Below, in pieces: positions 51,578 through 64,000 of a stretch of DNA of 64,000 nt. Each line of letters starts with the position of its first letter. Positions within the stretch are counted from its first letter, which is position 1. The DNA lies in the NCBI GenBank assembly GCA_030390025.1, contig CM059426.1, positions 207,638,001 to 207,702,000 on the forward strand, in the 5' to 3' direction. The stretch is from Squalus acanthias. Lineage: Eukaryota. The notes beneath the pieces are model-generated. The model searched no databases and was not told where the DNA came from. It was given only the letters and a program-made list of their open reading frames with translations. A program made the translations under genes and the position numbers.

Positions 51578-52415
51578 TTCATAAATAGAGGCATAGAGTA
51601 CAAAAGCAAGGAAGTTATGATGAACCTTTATAAAACATTGGTTCGGCCTCAACTGGAGTATTGTGTTCAATTCTGGGCACCGCACTTTTGGAAGGATGTG
51701 AAGGCCTCAGAGAGGGTGCAGAAAAGATTTACGAGAATGATTCCAGGGATGAGGGACTTCAGTTACGTGGATAGAGTGGAGAAGCTGGGGTTGTTCTGCT
51801 TGGAGCAGAGAAGGTTGAGAGGAGATTTGATAGAGGTATTCAAAATCATGAGGGGTCTGGACAGAGTAGATAGAGAGAAACTGTTCCCATTGGCCGAAGG
51901 GCTGAGAACCAGAGGTCACAGATTCAAGGTGACTGGCAGAAGAACCAAAGGCGACATGAGGAAAAACTTTTTTATGCAGCGAGTGGTTAGGATCTGGAAT
52001 GCACTGCCTGAAAGGCTGGTGGAGGCAGATTCAATCGTGGTTTTCATAAAGGAATTGGATAAGTACCTGAAGGAAAAAAATTGCAGGGCTACAGGGAGAG
52101 GGCAGGGAAGTGGGACTAGCTGAAGCGCTGTTGCAGAGAGCTAGCACGGGCTCGACGGGCCGAATGGCCTCCTTCCGTGCTGTAACCATTCTGTGATTCT
52201 ATAAGCAGGGAAATGTTGAGGTATAAATTGGAACTCACCCGATTTTCATCCTATTTAGTTCAGTGAAGATGAAAATTACCCCCTATATTTTGAAAGGGAA
52301 TAGTTCCAGGCAACTGAGATTAGACAAATTTTGACTACAAATAAATTCAAAATTCAGTTTGTCACTCTATTGGACTGATTTTCTGAATGTTTGCTACCAA
52401 CAGAGAGCAATCATT

Positions 52416-52416
52416 G

Positions 52417-52451
<35 letters not shown>

Positions 52452-52545
52452 GTCTGTCTGTCTGGTCTATCTGTCTGTCTTGTCGATCTATCTATCGATC
52501 TATCTATCGATCTATCTGTCTAATCTGTCTGTCTGTCTATCTGAT
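52416..52545 (+). repeat. Compound tetranucleotide microsatellite (TTTC/TGTC/TATC/GATC)
   Basis: Direct reading. Confidence 0.92.
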
Positions 52546-53139
52546 ACACACACAATCACTAACAGAGCTCCTGTGGCATTGCTCACAGTGAGTCAGAAGG
52601 TAGACTAAAGTGTGACATCTGAAATGTGACAGCTAAAATGTGACTGGAACAAGCATGATGATTGCAGGAAGTGCACGCTATGCACAAGACTTCAAATACA
52701 TTGATATATGGGCCATAATATATACAGATAGAGAGAGAGGGGGGATGGATTTTGTTATGAGGCAAGTTCAATCTGACACAAATACACGCTTGCACTGAGG
52801 ATGGATCTTCTATAGATATGTCCATTTTGGCAGTAACTAATTGATCCTTGAACCAACAGATTGGAATAAATTGCTTCTCAACCACGTTTTAAAATGGAGA
52901 AACCTATAAAACACAGAACATTAACCTGGTAATGGCTCCAGCAGACTTTAACAAGCAGTGAGACCCCCCTTTCAGAGAACCTAAACGTTTCTGTCACTAC
53001 ACACCGCACAGTGAAGCAAAACAAAAGTTGTTTATAATTTGCTCGTTCTGTGATCTTAAATCCCAATAAATTAATGAAAGAAACAAAGACATACTGAGCA
53101 GAACTTGGTGTTATTAAATTTATCCTTGTAGGAGAACAC

Positions 53140-54020
53140 AAAGAGCCTGCAAAGGGATATAGATAGTCTAAGTGAGTGGGCAGTAAGGTGGCAGATGGAG
53201 TATAATGTAGGGAAATGTGAGGTTATTCACTTTGGTAGGAAGAATAGAAAAACAGAATATTTTTTAAATGGTGAGAAACTTTCAAATGTTGGTGTTCAGA
53301 GAGATTTGGGTGTCCTCGTGCAAGAAACACAGAAAGCTAGCATGCAGGTACAGCAAGCAATAAGGAAAGCAAATGGCATGTTGGCCTTAATTGCAAGGGG
53401 GTTGGAGTACAAGAGTAAGGAAGTCTTGCTACAATTGTACAGGGCCTTGGTGAGATCACACCTGGAGTACTGTGCACGGTTCTGGTCTCCTTATCTAAGG
53501 AAGGATATACTTGCCTTGGAGGCGGTGCAGCGAAGGTTCACTAGATTGATTCCTGGAATGAGAGGGTTGTCCTATGATGAGAGATTGTGTAGAATGGGCC
53601 TATATTCTCTGGAGTTTAGAAGAATGAGAGGTGATCTCATTGAAACATACAAGATTCTGAAGGGGATTGATAGGGTAGATGCTGAGAGGTTGTTTCCCCT
53701 GGCTGGAGAGTCTAGAACTAGGGGGCATAGTCTCAGGGTAAGGAAGTCGGCCATTTAAGACTGAAATGAGGAATTTCTTCACTCAGAGGGTTGTGAATCT
53801 TTGGAATTTTCTGCCCCAGAGGGCTGTGAATGCTGAGTCTTTTGAGTAAATTCAAGGCTTAGATCGATAGATTTTTGGACTCTAGGGGAATCAAGGGATA
53901 TGGAGATCGGTCGGGAAAGTGGAGTTGAGGTCAATGATCAGCCATGATCTTATTGAATGGCGGAGCAGGCTCGAGGGGCCGTATGACCTACTCCTGCTCT
54001 TACTTCTTATGTTCTTATGT
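53140..54020 (+). mobile_element. CR1 LINE 3' fragment
   Basis: ORF 53195-53758 MEYNVGKCEVIHFG. Confidence 0.93.
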
Positions 54021-54214
54021 ATATAGTAATTTGTATAGCTGTGCAGAATACAGCTAGGAAGGTCAAGGGCGAGAGATCTAAAGCTCTCTGGTGTTATCAA
54101 GTGGACAGCCTGATCTCAGAATTCCACTCATAATGCACCTCCCTAGTCTACATGTGACTATAATCCACACTATGTGGTTGATTCCTCATGCCATCTGAAG
54201 TTAACTCCGACATT

Positions 54215-54725
54215 TTAAAGGATATATTGGCCACGGAAGGAGTGCAGCGCAGATTCGGCAGAATGTTACCAGTTCTCCAAGGGTTAGCTTATGAGAAGAG
54301 TTTACATAAACTCGGCCTGTATTCCGTAGAATATAGAAGGTTAAGGGGTGATTTGATTGATGTTTTTAGGATTTTGAAAGCAATTGATAGGACAGATAGA
54401 GAAAAACTTGTATCCGCTGGTGGGGGAGTCTAGGACAAGGGGACATAAAGTTAAAGTCAGAGCCTGACCACTTAGGAGAGATGTTAGGGAACACTTCTTC
54501 ACGCAAAGGGTGGTAGAAGTGTGGAACTCTCTCCCACAAAAAGCAGTGGATACCAGCTCAATTAATCATTTTAAATCTGAGATCGATAGATTTTTGCTAG
54601 ACAAGGGCATAAAAGGATACGGAGCCAAGGCAGGTGGATGGAGTTAAGACACAGATCAGCCCTGATCTCATTAAATAGCGGAACAGGCTCGAGGGGCTGA
54701 ATGGCCTCCTCCTGTTCCTATGCTC
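54215..54725 (+). mobile_element. CR1 LINE 3' fragment
   Basis: ORF 54188-54433 EGVQRRFGRMLP. Confidence 0.87.
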
Positions 54726-56099
54726 CTCGGTGCCCTAGCAGGCCACTCAATTGTTACTCAAGAGGAAGACCCATCACCACCACCTTCTCATGGCATCTAG
54801 TATCAGCTAGAAATGCAGCCTTGCTAACATTGCACATATCCTGATGTGATTTACCCTTATACTATACAGGAATGTGTGGGTAAATTTTGATCACTAGACA
54901 ATTGGGCGCACTGAGAATTGGGAACACCTACATCAATGACCTATTCTCCGATCCGTGCTCCTGTTGAAGGAATAGTCCAAGCCAAAAAACGGAGCTTTCG
55001 TGAAGCTAACCCGATGGTAATTCCCGTTCGTATATTTTTTTTCCAGTTTGCGATTGTTGGTTGCTTTTCTTGTGATGGTGCACGATGAATGAGAGTCACT
55101 TCCCGCTTATCCGCGTTGTATTTTGGGCTTGAGGTGACATCGCACCCTGCAAGTAGCCCAGAGCTTGATATTGGGAATTAGCTTAAGGGCTGAACCGAGG
55201 CAATGCCGGCTACTATCGGGGAGGTTTTCCCTGGGTCTACCCCCTAGGTGCGTCGGATTGCACGGGGACAGTGAACATCGGAAAAATTTGGGCAGTTCAG
55301 AGAGATTCTATGCCCAATTCTTCTTCCAGTTAAATGAATGGAAGGAGAATAAGTTGGTTCCTCAACAGACATGTGCTCCGACTCGCCCCCAACTTTCCGA
55401 CATTCGCTGCGCCCATGCAATCCAGTGCACCCAAGCGCAGACTCAGGAAAATGTCCCCTTAAATATCTTAGTGCAGCATCGATCCCACTTTCCATGCCAA
55501 ATTAGCCCATTAGCGCTGTTTTGACAAAATAAGAAGCGCATCATATTCTAAACGGCCGAAACACAAAGGTGAAAGCATTTTCTCCCTAACCTGAGAGTTA
55601 ATTACCTCCCCGTGAAACTAACTGCAGCAGGCAATGCAAAGAGTTTCATGTAAATATCCCACTACCCTTACCTGGATCTCATTAACAATTCCCCTTGTGG
55701 ATTCGTCAATGGAGTTGGGGCCTCTAATTCTCATATTAAACCCTTTATTTGACTGTTTGTATTATTTCCCGGCTTCCAAGCTTTTAAAAAGACCTCAGCC
55801 AAATGACAGCCCAAAGAGTATATCAAAAAGAACGGATCTTTATATTCCAGTTACAAATTAAATTGGAACGTTTTCACAGACATTAATTAATGATGTTTCA
55901 GGAATATGAATAAAGTGTGTTCAACTGAAGTATTATTAGTTTTGAAAGGCCATTCATCATTGTCCTAAAATAAAATTCCTGTTCTTACAGTAACAGTTGT
56001 GTTTCTATAGGCTTCATTTTCTGGATAAGTTATGTTACAATTACACACTAGTAGTTCTCTGAATGTTTAAGTGTACCCGTTTCAGTTGAATTCAGTTCA

Positions 56100-56290
56100 A
56101 AGTATATCGGCCGTTCCTTCATCATCGCTGGGTCAAAATCCTGGAACTCCCTCCCTAACAGCACTGTGGGAGTACCTTCACCACACGGACTGCAGCGGTT
56201 CAAGAAGGCGGCTCACCACCACCTTCTCAAAGGCAATTAGGGATGGGCAGTAAATGCTGGCATTGCCAGCGACACCCACATCCCATAGAC
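56100..56290 (+). mobile_element. Second-family LINE 3' end
   Basis: Matches 32980-33170. Confidence 0.8.
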
Positions 56291-56446
56291 TAATTAAAAA
56301 AATATATTTTTTTACATCATTGTAATCAGTTCATCTTATCTCCGTCCATAGGTTCAATGACTGCTTTTAACACTTCAAAATACTTAAGTCCCCCAACAGG
56401 GAAGCAGCCCATCGCCAAAATCACCAATGTAGATGGCAGAGAGACA

Positions 56447-56657
56447 GAAAGACTTGCATTTCTACAGCGCCTTTCACAACCACCGGACGTCCCAAAGCGC
56501 TTTACAGCCAATGAAGTACTTTTTGAAGTGTAGTCGCTGTTGTAATGCAGGAAAGGCGGCAGCCAATTAGCGCACAGCAAGCTCCCACAAACGCCAATGT
56601 GATAATGACCAGATCATCTGATTGAGTGATGTTGACTGAGGGATAAATATTGGCCCA
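56447..56657 (-). mobile_element. Deu-domain SINE 3' half
   Basis: AAGACTTGCATTT...GGGATAAATATTGGCC. Confidence 0.8.
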
Positions 56658-57087
56658 TGTCGCTAGTCATCAAAACAGACAAATTAGGCGGCAGGAGTAT
56701 TTGGGGGGGGTGGAACGATGTTCCCCTCCTACCCACTCCCTTAATGCGGAACATTGGGATGCTGGCGGGTGAAATTTATTTATTAAACCACCCGCCCCTT
56801 GGCCATCTGAAGCCCACCCGATGGGATTGTCAAACAAGCTTACTCATGGGTGGCGAGCGCTCAGATTCATTCCCAGCCTTTCAAGCACACCTATGACAGT
56901 GGGTGTTCATATTTGTAGCACTTTTAATGTCTTCCATTCGCTTCCAGAGAGTCTCCTGCCTCTTTTCCGTGCTTGTCTTACAAATATGAATCTCTGATAG
57001 CTGCTAGTTTGACTTTTTCCTTATGTTGCAGTGCGTGCTATTTATAGTCATTGGCACGTTAAATGCAACTTGGCTAAACTGATGTTG

Positions 57088-57520
57088 ATGTCAGGTGTCT
57101 CAGTGGGCAGCACTCTCACCTCTGAGTCAGAAGATTGTGGGTTCAAGCTCCACTCCAGAATTGAGCACGTAATCTAGGCTGACACTCCAGTGCAGTACTG
57201 AGGGAGCGCTGCACTGTCGGAGGTGCCGTTTTCGGAGGAGACGTTAAACCAGGGTCCCGTCTACCTGTTCAGGTGGATGTAAAAGATCCCACGGCAGTAT
57301 TCAAAGAAGAGCGGGGCAGCTTCTCCTCAGTGACCTGGTCAACATTCCTCCCTTCAAAAAAATACCACCAAACGCTGATTATTTGGTCTTTTACCTCTTC
57401 GTTGTTTGGGGGCTTTGCTGCCATGTTTGGCTATGTAAATACACTCCAAAAGTAATTAATTGGTTGTAAAGTGGTTGGGAATGTCTTTGAAAGGTGTTAC
57501 ATCAATGCAGGTTATTTGAT
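57088..57520 (+). mobile_element. Deu-domain SINE
   Basis: Head, Deu core and diverged tail. Confidence 0.8.
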
Positions 57521-57977
57521 TTTGCTATTTGGAAGGGGATTGTCCTGGAACAGCTCCAATCATTTTACTGGAGCTCTTAACTTTGGAAGAGTCGGCAAGC
57601 TAATCTAAAGCCATCCAACTCTGGGATACTGCACACTTTCTGTTCTAAATCAAAAGATGCCAGGGTTTTTTTACCACCACTTGAGCTGGCCGCCAGGGCA
57701 TCGGTTTAACATCTTGGGGTGGAATATCCGTGGGGTTCTGTTTACACACCACTTCTTTGGGGTTTCCCCTGATCTTCCGCCAAAGTTAAGAAGGGAATCG
57801 AGAGAAATCCTGCAGAAATTCCAGGCGCATGTGCTCAATTCTACAGCCACAACCTTCTGACTCGGGGCAAAAGTAACTTGCAACTGAGCCAAACTGACGC
57901 TTACTTACCTGTTAGTGGATACGTTTATTATCAGTTAATATTTATACATGTGAATGGCTGGACAAGTGCAAATAATA

Positions 57978-58265
57978 AAAAAGAAAGACTTGCGTTTATA
58001 TAGCGCCTTTCAGGACCTCAGGACGTCCCAAGACACTTTACAGCCAATGAAGTACTTTTTGAAGTGTAGTCACTGTTGTAATGTAGGAAACGCGGCAGCC
58101 AATTTGCGCACAGCAAGCTCCCACAAACAGCAATGTGATAGTGACCAGATAATCTGTTTTAGTGATGTTGGGTGAGGGGTAAATATTGGCCCAGGGCACC
58201 GGGGAGAACTCCCCTGCTTATCTTCGAAATAGTGCCGTGGGATCTTTTACGTCCACCAGACGGGA
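57978..58265 (-). mobile_element. Deu-domain SINE 3' half
   Basis: Same family as 40843-41302. Confidence 0.82.
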
Positions 58266-58964
58266 CCTCTTTGAAATCGTGCCACTATTGTTGACTCGAA
58301 AACCCAAATGACAAATTAACCTCCTTTAACATCTTCCTCTGATTCCCAGTTGACAACAAAATTATTTCAAGTGTTTTATAATAATAAAGAAGTAAGCATT
58401 TGTTCTACAAAAAAAACATTGAGCCGAAGCTCTTGCGTTGGCCACATTTCAATACGCGGGTAAATGTTACGGTTCCTATAGCAACCACATGTTCTGCCGT
58501 AGGAACAGGAGGAGGCCATTCATGAAATCATGGCTGGTCTGCCACCTAACTCCATCCACCTGCCTTGGCTCCATATCTCTTGATGCCCTTGTCTAGCAAA
58601 AGTCTTATTAACCTCAGATTTAAAAATTATTAATTGAGCTAGCATCTACTGAATGGAGCCATATTGCATTGAGGCTGTCAAATCACAACTGCAGTTCGAG
58701 AGTGATCTTTCAATATGGTGCAGCCAGTCAGATGTAATTCTAAAGGGTGCATTTAAGGGGAAGCTAGATGAACACTGAAGGAGAAAGGAATAAAAGGATA
58801 TTCTGATAGGAATAGATGAAGAGGGGTGGGAGGAGGCTCGTGTGGAGCATACATGCCAGCGCAGACCAGTTGGGCCGAATGGCCTGTTTCTGTGTTGTAC
58901 CTTCTACGTAATTCTATGTAAAGTCGCCTGAAAGACCACGGGATCTACAATTCATTGGTTTGAA

Positions 58965-60437
58965 ACATAGAAACATAGAAGATAGGAGCAGGAGTAGGTC
59001 ATTCGGCCCCTCGAGCCTGCTCCGCCATTCAATGAGATCATGGCTGATCATCCAAATTCAGTACCCTGTCCCTGCTTTCTCCCCATATCCCTTGATCCCT
59101 TTAGCCTTAAGAAATATATCCAACTCCTTCTTGAATATATTTAATGAATTGGCCTCAACTGCCTTCTGTGGCAGAGAATTCCACAGGCTCACCACTCTCT
59201 GGGTGAAGAAATTTCTCCTCTTACCCCTTATCCTTAGACTGTGACCCCTGGTTCTGGACTCCCCCGCCATCGGGAACATCCTTCCTGCATCTAGTCTGTC
59301 TAGTCCTGTTAGAATTTTATAAGTTTCAATGAGATCCCCTCTCATTCTTCTAAACTCTAGCGAATATAAGCCTAATCGACCCAATCTCTCCTCATACGTC
59401 ATTCCTGCCATCCCAGCTATCAGTCTGGTGAATCTTCGCTGCACTCTCTCCATGGCAAGAACATCCTTCGTCAGATAAGGTGACCAAAACTGCACACAAT
59501 ACTCAAGGTGTGGTCTCACCAAGGCCCTGTACAACTGCAGCAAGATATCCTTGCTCCTGTACTCGAATCCTCTCGCTATGAAGGCCAACATACCATTTGC
59601 CTTCTTAACCGCCTGCTGCACCTGCATGCTTACCTTCAGCGACTGGTGCACAAGGACACCCAGGTCTCGTTGCACTTCCCCTTTTCCCAATCTATTGCCG
59701 TTCAGATAATAATCTGTCTTCCTGGTTTTTCCACCAAAGTAGATAACCTTGCATTTATCCACATTATACTGCATCTGCCATGCATCTGCCCAATCACCCA
59801 ACCTGTCCAAATCATTCTGGAGTTTCTCTGAATCCTCCTCACAGCACGCATGCCCACCCAGCTTTGTGTCATCTGCAAACTTGGAGATATTACATCTAGT
59901 TCCCTCGTTTAGATCATTTATATATATTGTGAATAGCTGGGGTCCTAGCACCGATCCCTGCGGTACCTCACTAGTCACTGCCTGCCTCTCGGAAAAAGAC
60001 CCGTTTATTCCAACTCTTTGATTCCTGTCTGCCAACCAGTTCTCTATCCAAGTCAGTACCTTACCCCCAATCCCGTGTGCTTTAACTTTGCACGCTAATC
60101 TCTTATGCGGGACCTTATCGAAAGCCTTCTGAAAGTCCAAATACACCACATCCACTGGTTCTCCCTTATCTATTCTACCAGTTACATCCTCAAAAAATTC
60201 CAGTAGATTAGTCAAGCATGATTTACCTTTTGTAAATCCATGTTGACTTTGTCCGATCCTGTCACTGTTTTCCAAGTGCTCAGCTATTACATCCTTTATA
60301 ATGGACTCTAGCATTTTCCCCACTACCGATGTCAGGCTTACCGGTCTATAATTCCCCGTTTTCTCTCTACCACCCTTTTTTAAATAGTGGGGTTACATTC
60401 GCTACCCTCCAATCCATGGGAACTGATCCAGAGTCTA
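58965..60437 (-). mobile_element. CR1 LINE, young subfamily, uninterrupted RT-to-C-terminus frame
   Basis: ORF 59058-60323(-), 421 aa, with [20 protein letters not shown] and FADD motifs; 5'-truncated, no endonuclease. Confidence 0.95.
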
Positions 60438-61202
60438 TGATTGGAAAGTTCTGAATAGCAAGGCAATCGATAGGAGCACTTTACAAATAAATGTAAAAAC
60501 ATGAATTTGTGCAGAGAGTTCAAAAGAAATCTATTCGTGGGAAACAACTGATCTTTTGAACCCAGAATAAATTTGTCAGGCGAGGAAATGAGATTCTTGT
60601 CCGAACAGCAGGCATCCCAACTAAACATGTATTTTACTAGAACATCCTGGAATCTCCCTAGAATTGAGCTTTGCCACAGAATGTAACAGGACCCGGGTAA
60701 AATCAGGTCAGAAGTAAAGTTGGTTAATGGTTTCGAAGATAATACTGACATTAAAACCGGTCGATTTTTTTTTAAGACATTCCAGGCACATTGAGATATT
60801 TCTCACACTCGGGTGCCTTTGATGTATTCAAATCTCGGTAAGTGCGCCATGAGGCATTGTAGCATATCGAGAAGAAAGATTAAACAATACCTGTAGTACT
60901 TCAAACACTTTGACGTGCTACAGATTCTATACTTGCAGTGCTGGAATGAGAATCTATAACACTTGCTTCCAGCAGCTAACATTGAGGAGAAGTGTATTTA
61001 ACTTAACTGAACCGCCGCCTAATATAAATGTTAAAGAAGGCGACATCTGTAAACCCAAGAGCTGTTTCCCGGTTTTCCTTTGTTCCTTGCATTTTATCCT
61101 TGAACTGTCCATCGGATGCCCAATCCTCGCTCCAGTGACTTTGCGAAGGGACACAAGTGGCTGTGTGCTACTTGCCCAATTCATGATGTCATCGGAGGTT
61201 AT

Positions 61203-61972
61203 GGGGGCGGACTTGGGCCCTGTAGCGCCCGTTTTTTAGGCGCTACGCGGCCACATAAGGATCGAAAATGGTGTCCAATATGCTCCGATGGGAAGTGCGC
61301 AGGACGCCATCTTGCTAAAGCACAAAAAAGAGGCGTCCTTTACCCACGTCTGGAGCAGACATTAGGCCATTTGCACAATCAAATAAGGGGCCTAATGCCT
61401 GCTTCTGGTCCCCGCTGCAACTTTGGTTTGCCCCGAGGCTGCCAGCACCAGCGCTGGTCACCTCCGGGAAAACCAACTCGATACACCACGTAATTAAAAA
61501 AAAAAGGTAAGTTCTTACCATCATCACTGCCGCTCCCTAATCCTGAGATCTCAGACCACCCTCCCGACCCCGACCTCCAGGCCCCCCCCCCGATCTCCCC
61601 ACCAGCTCCGACCTCCCAGACCCCCAACAGCACCCCCGAGGCCTGCGACCTGCCCACCCGATCCCTGACAGCACTCCCAACGCCCCCAACAGTATTTCCA
61701 AGGCCTGCGATCTCCGTACCAGGTTCCCCCACTGAACCCTGATCACAGACTCCAAGACCCACTCCTTCCTGCTCCAGGCCCCCGCAATCCAACCCGATCA
61801 CTTACCTGGAACCTGGAGCACTAACCTGTGCGGGCTCCTACCGCAGCGCCAGCTACATTATGGTGAGGTCCGATGCCCAAAATCCAGGGCTCCTCGGGCA
61901 TCACCATTTGAGTGTGGGCTGTTAACACTGTGTGGGTGAGGTGCCCAAAAATGGGCGCTCCCGAATTTATCA
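61203..61972. mobile_element. Degenerate GC-rich MITE-like element
   Basis: GGGGGCGGACTTGGG start, CCCGAATTT end, AGCGCCC subterminal motifs like 42794-43490. Confidence 0.55.
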
Positions 61973-62324
61973 CTCTCTCCCTAAATGTTCTTCTCTATTG
62001 TTTGACAGAATCGATCATTTTGCCAAATTTATGAGCTATTTCTTATGAATATGATGGGCAGGATGACTTTCAGTTTCTTGATCTTGGCACTCCATGGTAG
62101 ACTCACCAGTGCTGCACTGCCAGCCAAGGACGCTGCCACTGGAAGGAGCATCAGTCGGAGATACAGCATTAACGTTGCCATGATGATTCTCCAACTCATG
62201 CTTCCTTTGAGCATGAACGTATGCGTATTTGTTGAACAAGCTAAATGATCTTCGACAAGTAGCCTTCTCCTTCTCTCAAAACAATATAAGCTGGGATATC
62301 CCATTTGAAAGCAATAATGGAATG

Positions 62325-62760
62325 GAACATCGGAACAAGAGTAGGCCATTCAGCCCCAAGCGTGTTCCACCATTCAATTAAATCAAGGTAGATCTGTATC
62401 TTAACTTCATCCACCCGCCTTAGTTCCGCACTCCTTAATATCCTTGTCTAACCAAGATCTATTATTCCCTGTTTTAAAATTTCCAATTGACTCCCAGTCT
62501 CAACAGCTTTTTGGGGGAGAGAGTTCCAGATTTCCACTACTCTTTATATGAAGAAGTGCTTCCTGACATCACCCCGAATGTACTAACTCTAATTTTAAGG
62601 TTATGCCCCCCTTGTTCTGGCCTCCCCCTCCCACCAGAGGAAATAGTTTCTCTCTATCTACCCTATCCAATCCTTGAATCATCTTAAACACCTCAATTAG
62701 ATCACCCCTTAATCTTCTAAACTCAGGGGAATATTAGCCTAGTCTATGCAACATGCCCTC
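62325..62760 (-). mobile_element. CR1 3' fragment
   Basis: Reverse complement of the 43525-44060 type. Confidence 0.8.
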
Positions 62761-62919
62761 AAACTTGCCCTCTCTCCATCCAAGTTAACTGTACAGATGG
62801 GTAGTCTCATCCGTTGAGGCCATCATTCTAAGGAAATTTGTACACCTGCTGTGTCAGCTGTGGCTCAGTTGGTAGAGCTCTTGCCTCTGGGTCAGAAAAT
62901 TGTGGGTTCAAGTCCCTCT

Positions 62920-63672
62920 CCAGAGTACAAAATCCAGGAAGTTATGCTAAAACTATATAGAACTCTAAAATAACAACAGAAAACGCTGGAAAAACTCAGC
63001 AGGCCAGGCAGCATCCGTGGATAGATGCTCCACGGATGCTGCCTGGCCTGCTGAGTTTTTCCAGCGTTTTCTGTTGTTATTTCGGATTTCCAGCATCCGC
63101 AGTATTTTGCTATCGTATATAGAACCCTAGTTTGGCCTCAGCTGGAGTATTGTGTCCAATTCTGGGCACCACACTTTAGGAAGGACGTGAAGGCTTTGGA
63201 GAGGGTAGAGATTTACTAGAATGGTTCCAGGGATGAGGGATTACAGTTATGTGGAGAGACTGGAGAAGCTGGGGTTGTTCTCCTTGGAGCAAAGAAGGCT
63301 CAGAGGAGATTTGATAGAAGTGTTTAAAATCATGCAGGGTTTAGATAGAGTAAATAAAGAGAAACTGTTTCCAAATAGCTGAAGGGTCAATAAAGAGAGG
63401 GCACAGATTTAAGGTGATGGGCAAAAAGAACCAGAGGCGACATGAGGAAAAACTTTTTACACCACGAGTGGTGAGGATTTGGAATGCGCTGCCTGATAGG
63501 GTGGTGGAGGAAGCAGATTCAATAGTAGCCTTCAAAAGGGAATTGGGTAAATACTTGAAGGAGAATAAAATCTCAGGGAAAGAGCAGGGAAGTGGGACTA
63601 GGTGGATTGCTCTTCGAAAGAGCCGGTGCAGACTTGATGGGCTGAATGGCCTCCTTCTGTGCTGTGATTCTC
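62920..63672 (+). mobile_element. CR1 LINE fragment interrupted by a Penelope hairpin
   Basis: GAAGTTATGCTAAAACTATATAG resumes as TATATAGAACCCTAGTTTGGCCTCAGCTGGAGTATTG; ORF 63414-63749. Confidence 0.88.
62968..63115. mobile_element. Penelope-like family B mini fold-back insertion
   Basis: Perfect 54-bp arms 62968-63021 and 63029-63082, 7-nt loop, 33-nt tail, 14-bp TSD TATATAGAAC(T/C)CTA at 62954-62967 and 63116-63129. Confidence 0.85.
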
Positions 63673-64000
63673 TGAACAGCTACCTGGTTACCCATTCGTG
63701 TTTGCCGTCACCGTGCTCTGGTTTTAATGGTTCTGGCAGCCCTGGGTAGGGGACCGTTATCTTGCAATGACTCATCATCATTTTCATTCCTCATTTAAAT
63801 GTTTGTTCTTTTTGCTTATTGGTTAGGATTACTTACCGATTGCCCACCAAATAAGTATTGCTGTGATAATTTCAACCAATTGTACATGTATGGAGGGCTC
63901 TGCCTGAAGGATAAAGGAAAATGACTTACCTATTATGTGAAGAAAGATCCTTCACATACAATTGGGATATATCATTATTTTGGGGATCGTGATGTATGCA

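Larger units (their letters stand above)
50030..52202 (+). mobile_element. CR1 LINE fragment split by the large Penelope palindrome
   Basis: KKAYGILGFINRG (ORF 49989) continues as FINRGIEYKSKEV (ORF 51563). Confidence 0.92.

Noticed and set aside
59058-60323. 421-aa RT ORF as an active or domesticated gene
   Set aside because: 5'-truncated CR1 without endonuclease or promoter, with a small deletion; the open frame is explained by youth.
62009-62248. Possible exon after a TTTGACAG acceptor with an open frame
   Set aside because: Translation resembles no GRID2 exon or known domain; no strong donor.

Overview
Eukaryotic, repeat-dense DNA, almost certainly from a cartilaginous fish (shark-type CR1/HER1 LINEs, Deu-domain SINEs, L2, Penelope and Harbinger elements). 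The only host coding sequence I can support is one 139-bp plus-strand exon of GRID2 (glutamate receptor delta-2) at 38766-38904, encoding the M3 gate SYTANLAAF. Everything else appears to be GRID2 intron. Most notable: (i) four TSD-bounded Penelope-like insertions, all inside CR1 fragments; three are near-perfect fold-back palindromes (arms 666, 169, 54 bp), and minimal hammerhead-ribozyme motifs occur in three of the four; (ii) a 2.2-kb TIR-bounded Harbinger derivative that lacks the DDE transposase but keeps a phase-compatible three-exon Myb/SANT gene antisense to GRID2; (iii) related Harbinger-type MITEs with variable 3-bp TSDs, internal hairpins and many splice-donor motifs; (iv) a variant-unit minisatellite fused to a CR1 3' tail. 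Family assignments come from recognised motifs, not database searches, and boundaries of old repeats are approximate.
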